From Sphagnum compactum (lineage: Eukaryota): a stretch of DNA of 64,000 nucleotides. Position 1 is the stretch's first letter; each line of letters opens with the position of its first letter. The position numbers were made by a program, and so were the translations under genes. The stretch lies in the NCBI GenBank assembly GCA_965153455.1, contig OZ234494.1:868001-932000 (forward strand), in the 5' to 3' direction. The notes beneath the pieces are model-generated. The model saw only the letters and a program-made list of their open reading frames with translations, did no database searches and had not been told where the DNA came from. Of this stretch, positions 38,750-51,749 are shown one piece after another.

Positions 38750-41700
38750 CGTTGCAACCTGGTCCCTTGTAAGCATCCAAATCCTTGCCCTTGTTTTGGC
38801 CTCTCTTTGGGATTTAGTTGTAATGTTAAAGTTCACACTTGTATCACCAATTTGATCAACTCTATAATCAACTTAGATGTCGTGGTGAAATCATTCTCTT
38901 ACTTCCATGATTGTGGTTGTAACCCAACCTTAGTTTGAAAGTTTCTCTTGGCCATCTTTTGACCTATCTTTTGGTTGTTTGTTGTGTTGTACATTAAATG
39001 ATTTTGCCACTCGCCTTGCCTTTTCTCTTTTCTTTCTTTCTTTTCACCTCCTTAATTTGTTTTGCAACTTCTTTTTCCACAACCTTTTGTTGTAAAATCT
39101 TCAAATATTCGTTGGATGTTGGGTCAAAGCACATTAAGCCCCTCAAAAACTGTATTCACAAATTAATCTCTCTACAATTAATTTTTTGGGTGACATATAG
39201 AGATCACATCAAGTCAATTTATTTTTGTGTGTTTTAAGTATATTTTAGGATGTATAACTAGTACTACATATTATGCTACTAGTTATACATCACCTTCTTT
39301 GGTAAAAAATTATTCATCTTTATTGTGTTTTCACTGAATTACAATGTGGGACATACTATAATTGACTAATGATTTTATCCCTTTTATTTTCCTTGTAAGC
39401 AAGCTTGGTAACAATAACAAATGGGCTAGATGAAATGATTCTAGAATAGATTTTTTTGAATTTAGATCTTCAACTTGAGGTTCCTAAATAAGATTAGCTA
39501 GGTTTACAACTAGGACATTGCCTCGATATTATGTTGTTTTAGCTTCTAGAATGACAGCTTCATTCATAGGTTGCTCCACATAATATCTAGATGCAAATGA
39601 ATACATACAAGCCAATATCCTCAATGCTCATCAACACCAATTTTTTTGCAATTCTTGTTACATATCCCTATGTGGTGCCACTTTAATGGCATGTTAATCA
39701 TAAAAAGTTATGCTTTTAAAATAATATGGATATTGAAAGTCTAAAATGAGTCATGAAATCTTGCAATATCAACATTTGGTTTGAACAAAGGATGTTTGAC
39801 AACTTCATTGAATAACACTACTTTCACAAAGGGCCCCTTAGTTTTCATAATACCATTTCTTTGATCTTCAATTTTTTTGTAGTAATAGGGTACTATTAAA
39901 GAAATCTAAAAAAACACCCAAATTTTCATATTTTTCAATTTTGTGCTTATCAAGATTTAAGGTTTGTTTAAAGTTCATGAATCCTTTATGACATGTAAAT
40001 GTGATGCAATGTATATGTTGTTTTAAGAAAAGTTGTAACTTATAATACAAGAAAATAAAATTTGAAAATGTTAATATCTTTTGGTATGATTTGAAATTGT
40101 GATAATTTTCAAAACAAAATACAAAATCTAACAAAATTTATACACTTTCAAATTTTCATTTTTATTCAACTTTGACTTTTAAAAATCATATGACATATTG
40201 GGGAAAATATAAATATAATAAATAAGAAGTTTCAAAATATTTAATTTGAAAATTCATCTTAATGGAAAAATGTTTTTTTGGCAAAAGGACCCCAAAAAGA
40301 ACAGAAGTCCCAAATACAAAGTAAATACATTGGCTTGATAAATGTTGCTTGGACCCACCTTAATCCATGTAACTCAAAATCATCAACAATATCTTTTCCT
40401 TCACCATGTTCAAATTCATAGATCCCATATTCATTAATTTAGTAATGTTCCATCCTCCCTTCATTGTGGACTAGCATTTGATGCATCATTTGAATTCCCA
40501 CATGCCTCATTTAAATTTCGCATGTTTGGTTTTGCTATATACACATCACTAGACCTAGTCCTAGAATCCATGGCTGTTGGATTAAATGGCCAAATCCATG
40601 TTGCCTTAAAATCATTCTTTATGTTTTGTTTGGATAGTCATTGGTTCAAGGTTTTATCCACTTAATTGGCTAATCATGTTGGTTTGTCTAGTTCACTATG
40701 ATTGGTTCTAATCATGTTGTTATCTTTTTTGTTCTTGAAGGCAAATTTGAATGGCTTGAAACAATTCACATCTAGAGGTTGTATGCATGAAAGGTGTGTG
40801 AAGGTAAGGTTATCATGTCTAAGCCAAACTATCATGTTTGCTCTATTGCTTTTAGAGTTACATGTGAACCATGTTCATCTAAAGTTAGTAGATGACAATT
40901 GGATTGAAACATGCCACCAAGGACTAAATTCATAAAAATGAAAAAAATTCCTTAAATAAAAAACATGTCATCCATTTTTTTCTACATTGCCATGCATGTT
41001 TTTTGTTTACGATCTTTGATGTGGTCATCTTTAATTTTTTCACCTTTGAAAATGTAAAATGGATTGAAAGAAAACCTCCTATAACATTTATGGGATAATT
41101 GGTAGTTAGCCATTCCTTGAAATTGGGAATGGTGTTGTACACTTGTTGTGAACCTTTCTTGGCCAACATTCATGCTTTTGATTATCACCTAGCCTAGATG
41201 TTTGTCTTGATTGCAAGATAGTTATGTTAATTGTTCAATGCTTGTAGATTTTAATAAAATAAATCACATGTTTCATCAAAAAGTTCTTGCGCCCTACAAA
41301 CCTCAAGTTCCTTTGCAAGTGTGATGGTTAATTCTAATGTCTAGTTTAAACCAATACCACCATGAGCTTCTAGATATTCCATCTTTGAATGATGTAAGGT
41401 CGGTTTGGGTACGTTTTGCTATCAAGTAAAAACATGGTAAAGGAGACACAAAAAATGAATGTCTTTAGCTTTACCTTGTATTGGTGCATGTAACCCTAAA
41501 AATAGCATAAAAATGGGTGGAAATATAATTGAATTTACCTTCCTGCACCTCTATTACTACTATGAAAATTTACTTCCAAAACATTTGGAGCAATTTTTTC
41601 AAAAAAATAGACCAAAAATATTCCCATCTACTAAATTTTGTAAATGGGGATATAAGTATCATGATATTCTTAAAGTTGCTTTTAATAGAAAGAAGAAAAT

Positions 41701-42300
41701 ATATTTGTTAAAGCCTACTTACCACATATTTTACAAGAAATAAAATTGGTTTTAAAAATAAAAAAATAGACTTCAAAATTACTTGCATTTCAAAGAAGTA
41801 GACAAAAAACTAATTGAAATGATTTGAAAGTTGAAAAATAATGCACAACAATAAATAACTATGTTATCTTTATCATTCAATTAAAAACATAAAACATACA
41901 ACAGTTTTTTGATAGGTTTTATTGTTATTTTAATTCTACTTTCATCTAGCCTTGACAAGATTTTTTTGTGTATAATTTATTGTGCTTATTCCCTACCTTT
42001 AGTTTTAGTAAGCCAAATTCCTACATACCAGATATCCAACCAATGACATTTACATCTTCATCCTAAGTTAACACACCTAGTGAGCCATGTTGCCTAGATT
42101 TGGTTTAGTTTGATGGTGATGTCATGGGTATATTGTAGAACTAGCTAGCCTTCCTCAATGATGTGACTCCTCTTTTTACTATGTATCCATAGCCTCTTCT
42201 TAAGCATCTATTGTCCACTTGGCTTTTGAACTTGTAATTGGGCCCCAATTTCACCTTGTTGACTTTTGGCCCTTATTTTGTGCAAATGGTGGTGGTACAT
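38750..42300 (-). mobile_element. decayed pogo/Tc5 (CENP-B-like, DDE_1) transposase
   Basis: In order on the minus strand: KWTIDA*EEAMD...TSLRKAS*FYNIPMTS (HTH, about 42120-42225), SWWYWFK (about 41345-41368), LAKKGSQQVYNTIPNFKEWLT...FYIFKGEKIKDD, HLLTLDEHGSHVTL...MITLPSHT..QPLDVNCFKPFK (DDE_1, about 40740-40900), and a charged C-terminal tail at about 39000-39110. Interrupted by other sequence; outer limits approximate. Confidence 0.8.
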
Positions 42301-42499
42301 TTTCCTTGTTGGTAACTAGTTGCTCCATCATGCCATTTCTCTTATGAAACACATTGAACATCATGGGTGGTTTTGATCCTCTTGGCCTAAGCTTCCACTA
42401 AATTGGGGGTTCACATATGGCCCCAAATAAAATAGTACCATTGTTGATCTTTTATATTTCTTCTTTTTTTACTACTATAGTAGATTGGTCCTTTTTTTG

Positions 42500-42830
42500 T
42501 CATTATGTTCTTTTCTACTTTTGATCCTAACAATATTGAACTAGGTTCAACTTGACTGTCTACTTCATCTTTTTGTTTTTTTTACTTTTGATCTTTACAA
42601 TATTGAACTAGGTTCAAATTGATTCTATCTTCACCTTTTTGCTCTCTTCTAATACTTTTGATCCTAACAATACTACACTAGGTTCAAATTGATCCTTTAT
42701 TTTCACATTTTTGCTCTCTTATACTTTTGATTCTAACAATGTTATACTCAATTCAAATTGATCCTCTATCTTTACCTTTTCGCTCTCTTCTACTATTGAT
42801 TTTATCACTATTGCACTAGGCACTAAGAGC
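42500..42830. repeat. about 65-70-bp tandem repeat, about 5 copies
   Basis: TACTTTTGATCCTAACAATATTGAACTAGGTTCAAATTGA-like unit at about 42516, 42583, 42653, 42722 and 42791. Confidence 0.85.
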
Positions 42831-43374
42831 TTTAAAAACCATTGGAGTTCTTTTTCAACATATTCTAAAAGATTAGTCATGCTTTCTATTTGGAAAATGA
42901 CCAAAACTTGTTAAATGTAAATGGATTGAAGCATTTTGGAATTGAGATTCTAATGTTCAATTTTTGGAGGAAAAGGTAATTTTGAAATAAGGATAATTTT
43001 TTTCTCTAAGTCCTCTATTGTTTTAACTTACATTGTAGGCTAAATATCCTAACCTTACTTGTGTTCTTTGATTTTTACCCTTAATGTTCACAAGGTTCAT
43101 AAATCACCCCATCACTAGAAATAACTTTGATCTCATAATGGGGGTTGGGCCCAAATATGTAGGTCTACCCAAGATGACTCCTTTAACAAAACTTTTAAAG
43201 TCCCATGCATATAGATATAAAGAGATTTCCTCACAACTTTTGTGTAGTTTATGAGTTCCCTAATCACCTGTAATCAAACATTGACCTTCTAAAATGAACA
43301 TTTGTGTGTATTAGATTGAACACCTTCCTCCCATGTCACCAATCTTTTTTTTTAAATAAAGAAAAATATTTTTT

Positions 43375-43600
43375 CAAGATGGATCAAAGTTCACACCCAT
43401 TTCCAAACACAACTACTCCAATACTAGTGTAATGGTTTTTTTAATTTATAAGCCCAATTTTAAAAAGATCGGTATAATTCACACCCATTTCCAAACACAA
43501 TAACTCCAATATCAGTGTGGTTTTTTTTAATATAATAATAAAAAAATTCAAGATGGGTATAGCCCAACTCATTTCCAAACACAACAACTTCAATACTAGT
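43375..43600. repeat. about 85-90-bp tandem repeat x3
   Basis: CATTTCCAAACACAA..ACT.CAATA..AGT at about 43398, 43486 and 43570. Confidence 0.85.
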
Positions 43601-43779
43601 TTTTAAAATGGAAGAAGCCAAACACATTTTTAGGGTTTGAAACTCAATGATAGAGTTGACTATAAATGATGCAAGGCGTTGACGTGATTTGATCTTGAGC
43701 AATTTTTTGATCCAAATTTGTGTTTGGTTATGGGTAGGCATTTGGTGATGGGTGGTTCTACTCTATTGCACTTGACTCA

Positions 43780-44810
43780 TCCAAAATATGGTGTTAAGGA
43801 CATTTTATTGTTACTGCTAGAAATGTTCTTAAGCTAGCAAAATTAGTTTAAAGCATTAATTTAGACATGAAGTTTTTACAAATTGAAGATGATTAGATTT
43901 GATGCAATTCAATTGATTTAACCAAATCTTGGATGAGGTCATTTGCTATAATGGCTTAAAGGTATGTCAAGTAAATGCAACAAGAACATTATTAGGATTA
44001 ATATGAATTCAATGAAAAGCTTTGGGCCAGGCACAACAATTGAAACTCAAAGGTGTGGACAATTGTGATTCAAAAATCTTTTCAAACTTTGATTTCATAA
44101 GTGAAGTCAAAATGTTCAAGTAAGTTTTCTAAACTATTTTGATTTTGATTTAAATGTATTGAATGTTGATGTGTTATAAGTTTTGGGTTTTGTATTGATA
44201 AGTATGTGTTTTCTTTTTGCCTACATTGGTCCATAGGTGTAACTACCAAGTTGATCAAGGAGTTAGATAGTTGTTTCTCAAAAATGTGCATTATTTGATG
44301 CCATGGGCATTGTATATCCACAATACTAGTTGTAGCATGATTGTGATGACAACTTTGCCAAACACCTAGAAGTATTAAAGGCTTGGTATTGCAAATCAAA
44401 AATGTTGGGGTGTGATGAATTAAGTTGTGTAGCTCCACCTTTGCTTGATCATTGACAATTTGATGTTCAATAGGGAATGCTCAAGTTGTGTATGAAAATC
44501 AGCTCCAAGGTTGCTATGGAACCATTATTTGAATTCAATCCATTGACATGCATTTGGAAGATAATTCATGCATCTCATATTTGACCCATTCCTTCCCTAA
44601 GTACTTTAAGCTTGCAAAGATGGCCATAGTTCATGTTCAGAAATGTAGAGGATGAACATTGTTTCTCAACTCTAGCATTTTAAAGAGCGAGCTTCGGGCT
44701 ACTTTCGATCCTCGTCTACCTCCTATTGTTGGCCTGTATAGCTACAAGTTTTCCACATTAGAGAGTTTTCCCTATGTTGCCACATTTCTTGTTTGGATTG
44801 GAGTAGTAAA
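43780..44810 (+). mobile_element. decayed hAT (ZNF862-like) transposase
   Basis: Fragments LIKELDSCF...FDAMGIVYPQY*, NPLTCIWKII...THSFPKYFKLAKMAIVHV..VEDEHCFSTLAF/KSELRATFDPRLPPIVGLYSYKFSTLESFPY fit a hAT dimerization domain, with stops and frameshifts. Confidence 0.75.
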
Positions 44811-45883
44811 TTGCTATGGTCTTCTTGCACAAATGAATTTTGTCTAAACATATATTACGTAGAAAGCCAAGTTGTTGGCTTCATGATTAGAGGTTACAAT
44901 CTTGCAATCATTTGATGATCAATGTTATTATTTACAACTCCTTTGTTTTCCATTATCTTTGTAAGCCTAGTGAAATTCTTGCATTTGAAGACAGGTCATT
45001 GTGCTATGGATTTGCACATTTTTGTTGACTGAGACTGTTAAGCAAAATGTTGGACATGATATACATGATAGCTAGTATGCTTCTCACTCAGAAAGCCATG
45101 GAGCCCAAGTAAGCACCTTCTCAAACTAAATAGTAGCCTTAAGTCTGCTTTTAAATTCTGATTATAGCCATTAATGGAGTATCTCTATTTTTTCTCCTCC
45201 AATTGCCACTACACTTCACTTGCAACACACTGAATTTGGCCATGTTCCTGCACTTCTGAGCAGAAGATGGCCAGCTCCATATAGCGAATTGGACTCTGGA
45301 CTCCAAGACTTCTGTAGCCTACCCATGTGGGCATTTTTTTCTCCCCATTTGTTGGGTGCTTTGGCAAAGTTACATCATCATCATCGTCATCATGCGTGCA
45401 CATTCTCAAAAACCAAAAGTAGAACCACTTGGATCTGGAGTTCAAGACTACTGCAACCATGTGGGGGGCACTTTCTCAAAAAAGAAAAAGAAAAAGGGGT
45501 GACTACAACAACGCACTATAACGCGTTAAAGGCTTAAAAAGTTGACAGTAATGTGTAGCAGCAGCACCACCACCAGAGACAGAAGAAGAGTCTGGCAAGA
45601 TCGAGCACCTTCAGAATATGCTCTACTACAACACCAATACAAGCCAAGGTACTAACTGACTTCTGACAAACTCTTGAAATTTGTTCTCACCGTTCATGTC
45701 TGTTGCAGCAGCAGAGCTTTCATGGCAAGTTGAATTGGAATGATTGGGTATTATATATATTCACAGAACAACTACTAAATGCCCATCGCTGTCTTTCTCT
45801 ACCTATTCATAACATCTACTACTACTTACTACTACTACTCAATAGAACAATAGGGAGAATTTGGGTGTGTCAATCACACTTTG

Positions 45884-46537
45884 GGCCTTGCCATTTACAT
45901 TAAAAAGTGGTGCCTTGAGCCAAAAGAAGAAATTGATGGAAATTCAAATGTTTCACCATACAAAAATATATAATCTTCAGAATAACCCTCTAAAAGAAAC
46001 CAAAATCCTTCAAGATATTATTATAACTCTATTATAACTAATCTCAAGTTTCAACACAGGCCAAAAGAATATCATCTTTCAAAAATCCTCGTATGTATGA
46101 AAATAGACCTACTACTACTACCTAAGGGCCTATAAAAATCCCTTAAGCTACTATACTCTATAATGAATCTAAACACAATGTCTTTGCCTCGGTAGGCAAG
46201 GCCAAAAAGGGGCGTGTCACAATAAGTGTGGCCTTGTCATTTACATTAAAAAGTATCTTAAGGCAAAAGAATAATTAGGGAAATTCAAATATTTCACCAT
46301 GCAAAAAAAATATAATCTTTCAAAAAAACCCTCTAAAAGAAACCAAAATCCTTCAAGATATCATAACTCTATTATAACTAATCTCAAGTTTCAACACAAG
46401 CCAAAAAAATATCATCTTTCAAAAATCCTCATATAAAAATAGACCTACTACCTAGGTAGGGGTCAAAATCCCTTAAGCTACTATACTCTATAATGAATCT
46501 AAACACAATAATATCCTTGCCTTGGTAGGCAAGGCCA
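45884..46537. repeat. about 345-bp tandem duplication
   Basis: GGCCTTG.CATTTACATTAAAAAGT at about 45884 and about 46230. The copies are colinear to a terminal TTGCCT.GGTAGGCAAGGCCAA hairpin. Confidence 0.92.
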
Positions 46538-48769
46538 ACAACAACACTATATTTAGCTACTGTCCTTCCGGATTAAGGGGAAGCTTCATTCTTCCTTTAC
46601 TATATGTAATATCATAAATAGAGACATTGTCCCAAAATACATCACTAGAGCTCTTCTGAAAAATAAAAGCATCTGACTTGTAAACACTATTTAGAATACT
46701 CTAGTACACAAACGGTGTTTCGACATAAATTAAATTAAATTATTTCCTATTTTTCCGAGTTTTTGAAAAATTATTTATTATTATGTGCAAAAATTTTAAT
46801 AATTATCATTAAAAAATTAAATTCTGAAATTATTAGATTGTCAAAGTTTGAACTTTAGAGCTGCCAATCCTTGAATTTAAGAATGTGATAGTCTAGACAC
46901 ACTTAATTTCTTATGTACAATTTTTTTCATTTTTATGGCTGGGATGAGGGGAATAATTAAAATTGTACTTTAGTACACGAAAGGTTTTGGCACAAATTAA
47001 ATTAATTTTCATTTTGTCATTTTTAAAAAATTATTTTTTTATTACTTGTGTCAAAAAAAATTATTATTATTATTATAAAATTAAGAATTTGCTCTGCAAG
47101 TTTTCAACTGTGGGGTTTGAACTGCAGACTTTAAAGTTCAAGAACTTTAAGACTTATAAGATTAAAAAAATGTGTTTATTTTTTTATAAAAAATCAAGTG
47201 TCAAAATTAAGATTTAAAATTTAATTAAATCGAATCCGGAAATGAAATATAAAATAATATAAAATAATGAAATATAGTTATCATTACCAAAATATGACCT
47301 ACAAAAATTACACAGAGATTAAAACCAAAAAAAAAAAAATTGGGATTTTGGGCAACTCTCAACACCGGAAATCGTATGGAAAAAAATAAAGACCAAACCA
47401 CTCTTCCTATTCTACAAGAAAAAAAAATTGATAGGGGAGGCCCCTTCACTCCATGACGCGGCGACTTCTCATTGGTTGCATGGGCTAAAATTCTATTCCT
47501 AAAATTGGGCTGTCACTTATTTTTTGGGCCTGGCCTAGTAACCCTTCCTAACATTTACCTAACCTTTTTCTATGTTAGAGTGTCCGTACTCACTCGGTGG
47601 TGGTGGCGTAGCGAACACACAATTTCGATCGAGGAGTGGGATGATGAGTGGTATCTGATGAATAAATTTTGTTAATGTGAAATTATATCGACAAATCGAA
47701 AACGAATGATTTTGATGCCCTCGAATGTAGCCTTCCATCATTTCATTTGTTGCAGAATTTATTTTTTGACCATTTTGTGTGGTGGTAGTGTGTTACATGC
47801 AAAGGGGGGGGGTCATGCGAAGCCATGATATATTCACATGAATATTTGAGTATTTGGCCAACAACCTTTGATCAATGTGGTACACAGCTGATACCAATAA
47901 TGTTGTTCGGGTGGGCTGTTGTTGCAATAATAGTTATCATCACTCGCATCTTTCTTTGCGCAAGCAAGAAAAGAAAGAACATGGTAAATATTAAAAAATC
48001 CCAAAACAAACAAGCGAATGTGCCAAAGGAAAAACAAAAGATCCCAAAACGAATGTATCGTACGGCTTGCTCGTGCCTTGTACAACACTTCAAAAGGCCA
48101 TGTGAAGGAGAGGCCTAAAAACAAAACGAGCTAGAAAAAAGTATATGATTTGTTTACCGGACAAATCATGTTTAGAGAAATGAACAACAGCTTTTTCGAC
48201 ATATGCATGTGCAACCGTTTGTTTGGCAGCCGAACGAACACATGGGACACACCCTTCATGAATTCATTGTGTGTGTGCATGTCTTCAAAATTTGTCGAAT
48301 GTAATAGAAAAATGGGGTTTTGTAAAAAGCATTGACATCTAAAAAATCGTACGGAAAATGGGGTTTTGGACGGTAATGTAAAAGCACTATTTAATTGGCA
48401 TCTAAACCGTACACTAATAATCAAGGGCTTTACAAAAAAGAGTCATTTTCCGAGAAATTCTAATTAGCACGGACGGGCCCTCCTAACAAGGGAAGTTTAG
48501 GGCTCTTCATTGTGTTCTCACTATTCATCACTCTCACTATTAGTCATCCAAATTTTGTGGATGTTTCGTTTATAAAAAAAAATCTTCATTCATCAATCGT
48601 GTGGAAAATGTGGATTTTGGGCAGTGTAGTGCCTGCCCTAGGACGGTGGATCTACAAGAATTTTGGGACCTGGATAGGAAGGAATTTATAATAAGACCTC
48701 ATTCTTTTGCTAAAGATGACTCTTCTTCTTCTTCTGCTGCTTCTTCTTCTTCCACGTGTTGTCAAGTTT

Positions 48770-49360
48770 CGTCCATCCAACCAAGAATTTGCATCCATGC
48801 CAACAAGGCCTTCATCCTCTCAATCAACCCATGTTTTCATTCATCCACTCAACCATTTGAAACAATAGGTCAGTTCACACTTTTTGTCATTGGCCCTTTG
48901 TAGCCAAAAAAAATTTCATCTATTATTTTTGGGTCATCCATCCTATCAACGATTTTGCATCCATGCCAACAAGGCCTTAATCCTCACAACCCCTGTTTTC
49001 ATTCATCCATCTGGCAACCATTTGAAACAATAGGTCGGTCGGTTCACATTTTTTTTGCCATTGGCTCTTTGTAGCCAAAACTATTTACATCTATTTTTCG
49101 GTCGTCCATCCTACCAAGAATTTGTTTACATCCATGCCAACAAGGCCTTCATCCTCTCAACCCATGTTTTTCATTCATCCACTCAATCCTTTGAAACAAT
49201 AGGTTAGTTCACACCTTTTTGCGATTTTGGCCGTTTTTTGTCCAAAAAAATTTACATCCGTTTTTTGGGTCATCCATTTACCAACAGTTTTGCATCCATG
49301 CCAACACAGCTTTCATCCCACTCAACCCAAATTTTCATTCATCCAACAATTGGATGTTCA
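48770..49360. repeat. about 165-bp tandem repeat x4 immediately upstream of GME
   Basis: TCCATC..ACCAAGAATTTGCATCCATGCCAACAAGGCCTTCATCCTCTCAA...TTTTCATTCATCCA...TTTGAAACAATAGGT units at about 48772, 48937, 49105 and 49272 (last copy partial). Confidence 0.92.
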
Positions 49361-49596
49361 CCATTCATTTTCTCTAGCATCAAAAGCTCAGGGAGCTCCG
49401 AAGCTGCCGCAGAAGGAATTAAAGAAGCAAACAAGGCGCAAGGGCCTTCTGCTGCCGCTGCTGCTTCTTTCGTCGACGGGGTTTCCTTGCTGCTGCGGCT
49501 GCTTGTGCTGCTGTCGTCGACGACGGGGGTTTGGTCTTTCTTCGCGCTTTTTCAGCAGCCGGGTGTAGTTTTTGCAAGCTCAAATAAGCTGCAGGA

Positions 49597-51749
49597 ATGG
49601 CGAGCAATGGAGTGAAGAAAGTAATATACGGGGAGTACACTGCCAGTAATCTGGAGCGGGAGCCATACTGGCCGCAGGAGAAGCTGCGGATTTCCATCAC
49701 AGGAGCTGGCGGATTCATCGCCTCGCACATTGCCAGACGCTTGAAGACCGAGGGTCACTACATCGTGGCATCGGATTGGAAGAAGAATGAGCACATGAGT
49801 GAGGACATGTTCTGTGACGAGTTCCATTTGGTGGATCTCCGCGTCATGGACAACTGCTTGGCCGTCACCAAGGGCGTGCAGCATGTGTTCAACCTGGCGG
49901 CGGACATGGGCGGCATGGGCTTCATCCAGTCCAACCATTCCGTCATCATGTATAACAACACTATGATCAGCTTCAACATGCTGGAAGCAGCTCGCATCAA
50001 CGGCATCCACAGGTATGTATGTGTATGTGTATCTGTGTGTGTGTGTGTGTGTTTTGTTAGGGTTAGGGGGAGGAGCTTGAAGGGGAAGAATCAAAGCTCC
50101 CATGGAAGAAGAGATTCTCAGTGGTGTTTTTTTTCTGAACTGTTTTTTGCGGAATTTTTTTGCATGTTCCAATTTCGGATTCCAGTTTTTCTATCATGGT
50201 GCTTGCTGCTGCTCATCATGGGGAGGGTTCTTTTTGTACAATCGGTGTTTCTCAGTTGTTGTTCTTGTGATTGGCAAAATAATTGGTGCAGATTCTTTTA
50301 TGCATCCAGTGCTTGCATTTACCCTGAATTCAAGCAACTGGAGACTAATGTGAGCCTGAAGGAATCAGATGCCTGGCCCGCCGAGGTAACTATTATATAC
50401 AATCTGGTTTTCTTTTGCAAAAAACTGTTCTCAATTCCACTCAGGGGTCCTTGTTCTGCACCGATGGTATAAATGGACAGGAGTCGATCCATCCTGGATG
50501 CAGAGAGGATTTGAGGAGTATAATGAAGCATGTTGGATCTGGGGGTTTGGGGGGGGTTTAATGTGCAGCCACAAGATGCTTATGGCCTGGAGAAACTGGC
50601 AACTGAGGAGCTTTGTAAACATTACACAAAGGATTTCAAAATGGAGTGTCGCATCGGAAGATTCCACAACATCTATGGCCCCTTTGGTACCTGGAAGGGT
50701 AATAAGATAATCTTCCTTCTTTCAATGCTGCAGTTTTGGCTTCTCTGGACAAGAGTTGAGGATTGTGAGTTGGGGTGCAATAAAACAGAGTGAAGAATTT
50801 AAGGTTGTGAGCATATTGACCTAATTTTCTTTTGTTTTTTTTGGGTTCTGCAGGCGGACGGGAGAAAGCTCCTGCTGCCTTTTGCAGGAAGGCTCTGACA
50901 GCAGTGGACAAGTTTGAGATGTGGGGTGATGGTCTGCAAACACGTTCCTTTACTTTTATTGATGAATGTGTGGAAGGTGTTTTGAGGTGGGTTTCATACC
51001 TCACTCAGGAGCTTGAAATTCTCTCCACTACTGTTTTTCAGGTGGTCATGGCAGGAAAGTATTTATGTAGACACAGGGTTGAGTGGAGATTTTTGCAATT
51101 TTTTTGCTTGAATCAGTTAGTGACTCTTATGGGAAAAGATAATGTCTCTCTCGGTTTATGAGATCCTCAGTTCCATTTGCAGGTTGACCAAATCAGACTT
51201 CCAGGAGCCACTGAATATTGGCAGTGATGAGATGGTAAGCATGAATGAGATGGCAGAGATAGTCCTGAGCTTTGAGAACAAAAAACTGCCTATTGAACAC
51301 ATTCCTGGTCCTGAGGGTGTGCGTGGCCGCAACTCTGATAATACGCTTATCAAAGAGAAGCTTGGATGGGCTCCAACTATGCGCCTGAAGGTATGACGAG
51401 CTTATATCCTTCCCTCTGAGCTCCATACACTTTCTCAGCTGTGCTGTCACATGGGCATGAATGTTATGGACCCTCGAAGGATGCAGCAAAGTGATGCAAC
51501 AGAATTCATAGCTTTTGTGTGAAGAATGTGAGAGGTGTGAAAGATGCATACATGCTGTAGTACTTACTGAGTGGAAGTTGGTGTTCTTAGGATGGACTAC
51601 GCATCACATATCTGTGGATCAAGGAGCAGATTGAGAAAGAGAAGACTCAAGGTGTGGACTTGGCTGGCAAGTATGCTTCATCAAAGGTGGTGGGCACTCA
51701 AGCTCCTGTTCAGCTTGGGTCCCTCAGAGCAGCTGATGGGAAAGAGTGA
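49597..51749 (+). CDS. GME: GDP-mannose 3,5-epimerase (ascorbate / cell-wall GDP-sugar pathway), 6 exons, 379 aa
   Basis: Exons 49597-50012, 50292-50385, 50569-50698, 50854-50986, 51183-51390, 51591-51749. All introns are GT-AG and phase-consistent; total 1140 nt. The translation has the Rossmann motif ITGAGGFIASH, FNLAADMGGMGFIQSNH, catalytic YGLEK, RFHNIYGPFGTWKGGREKAPAAFCRK and a C-terminal APVQLGSLRAADGKE typical of plant GME. Confidence 0.97.

Noticed and set aside
49238-49615. Upstream ORF overlapping the GME start codon
   Set aside because: Its starts lie inside the tandem array, probably upstream of the TSS. The known ascorbate-responsive uORF belongs to GGP/VTC2, not GME.
49552-50172. 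206-aa minus-strand ORF and similar ORFs (49758-50006, 50636-51004, 54404-54970)
   Set aside because: They are antisense shadows of GME and TOL exons.
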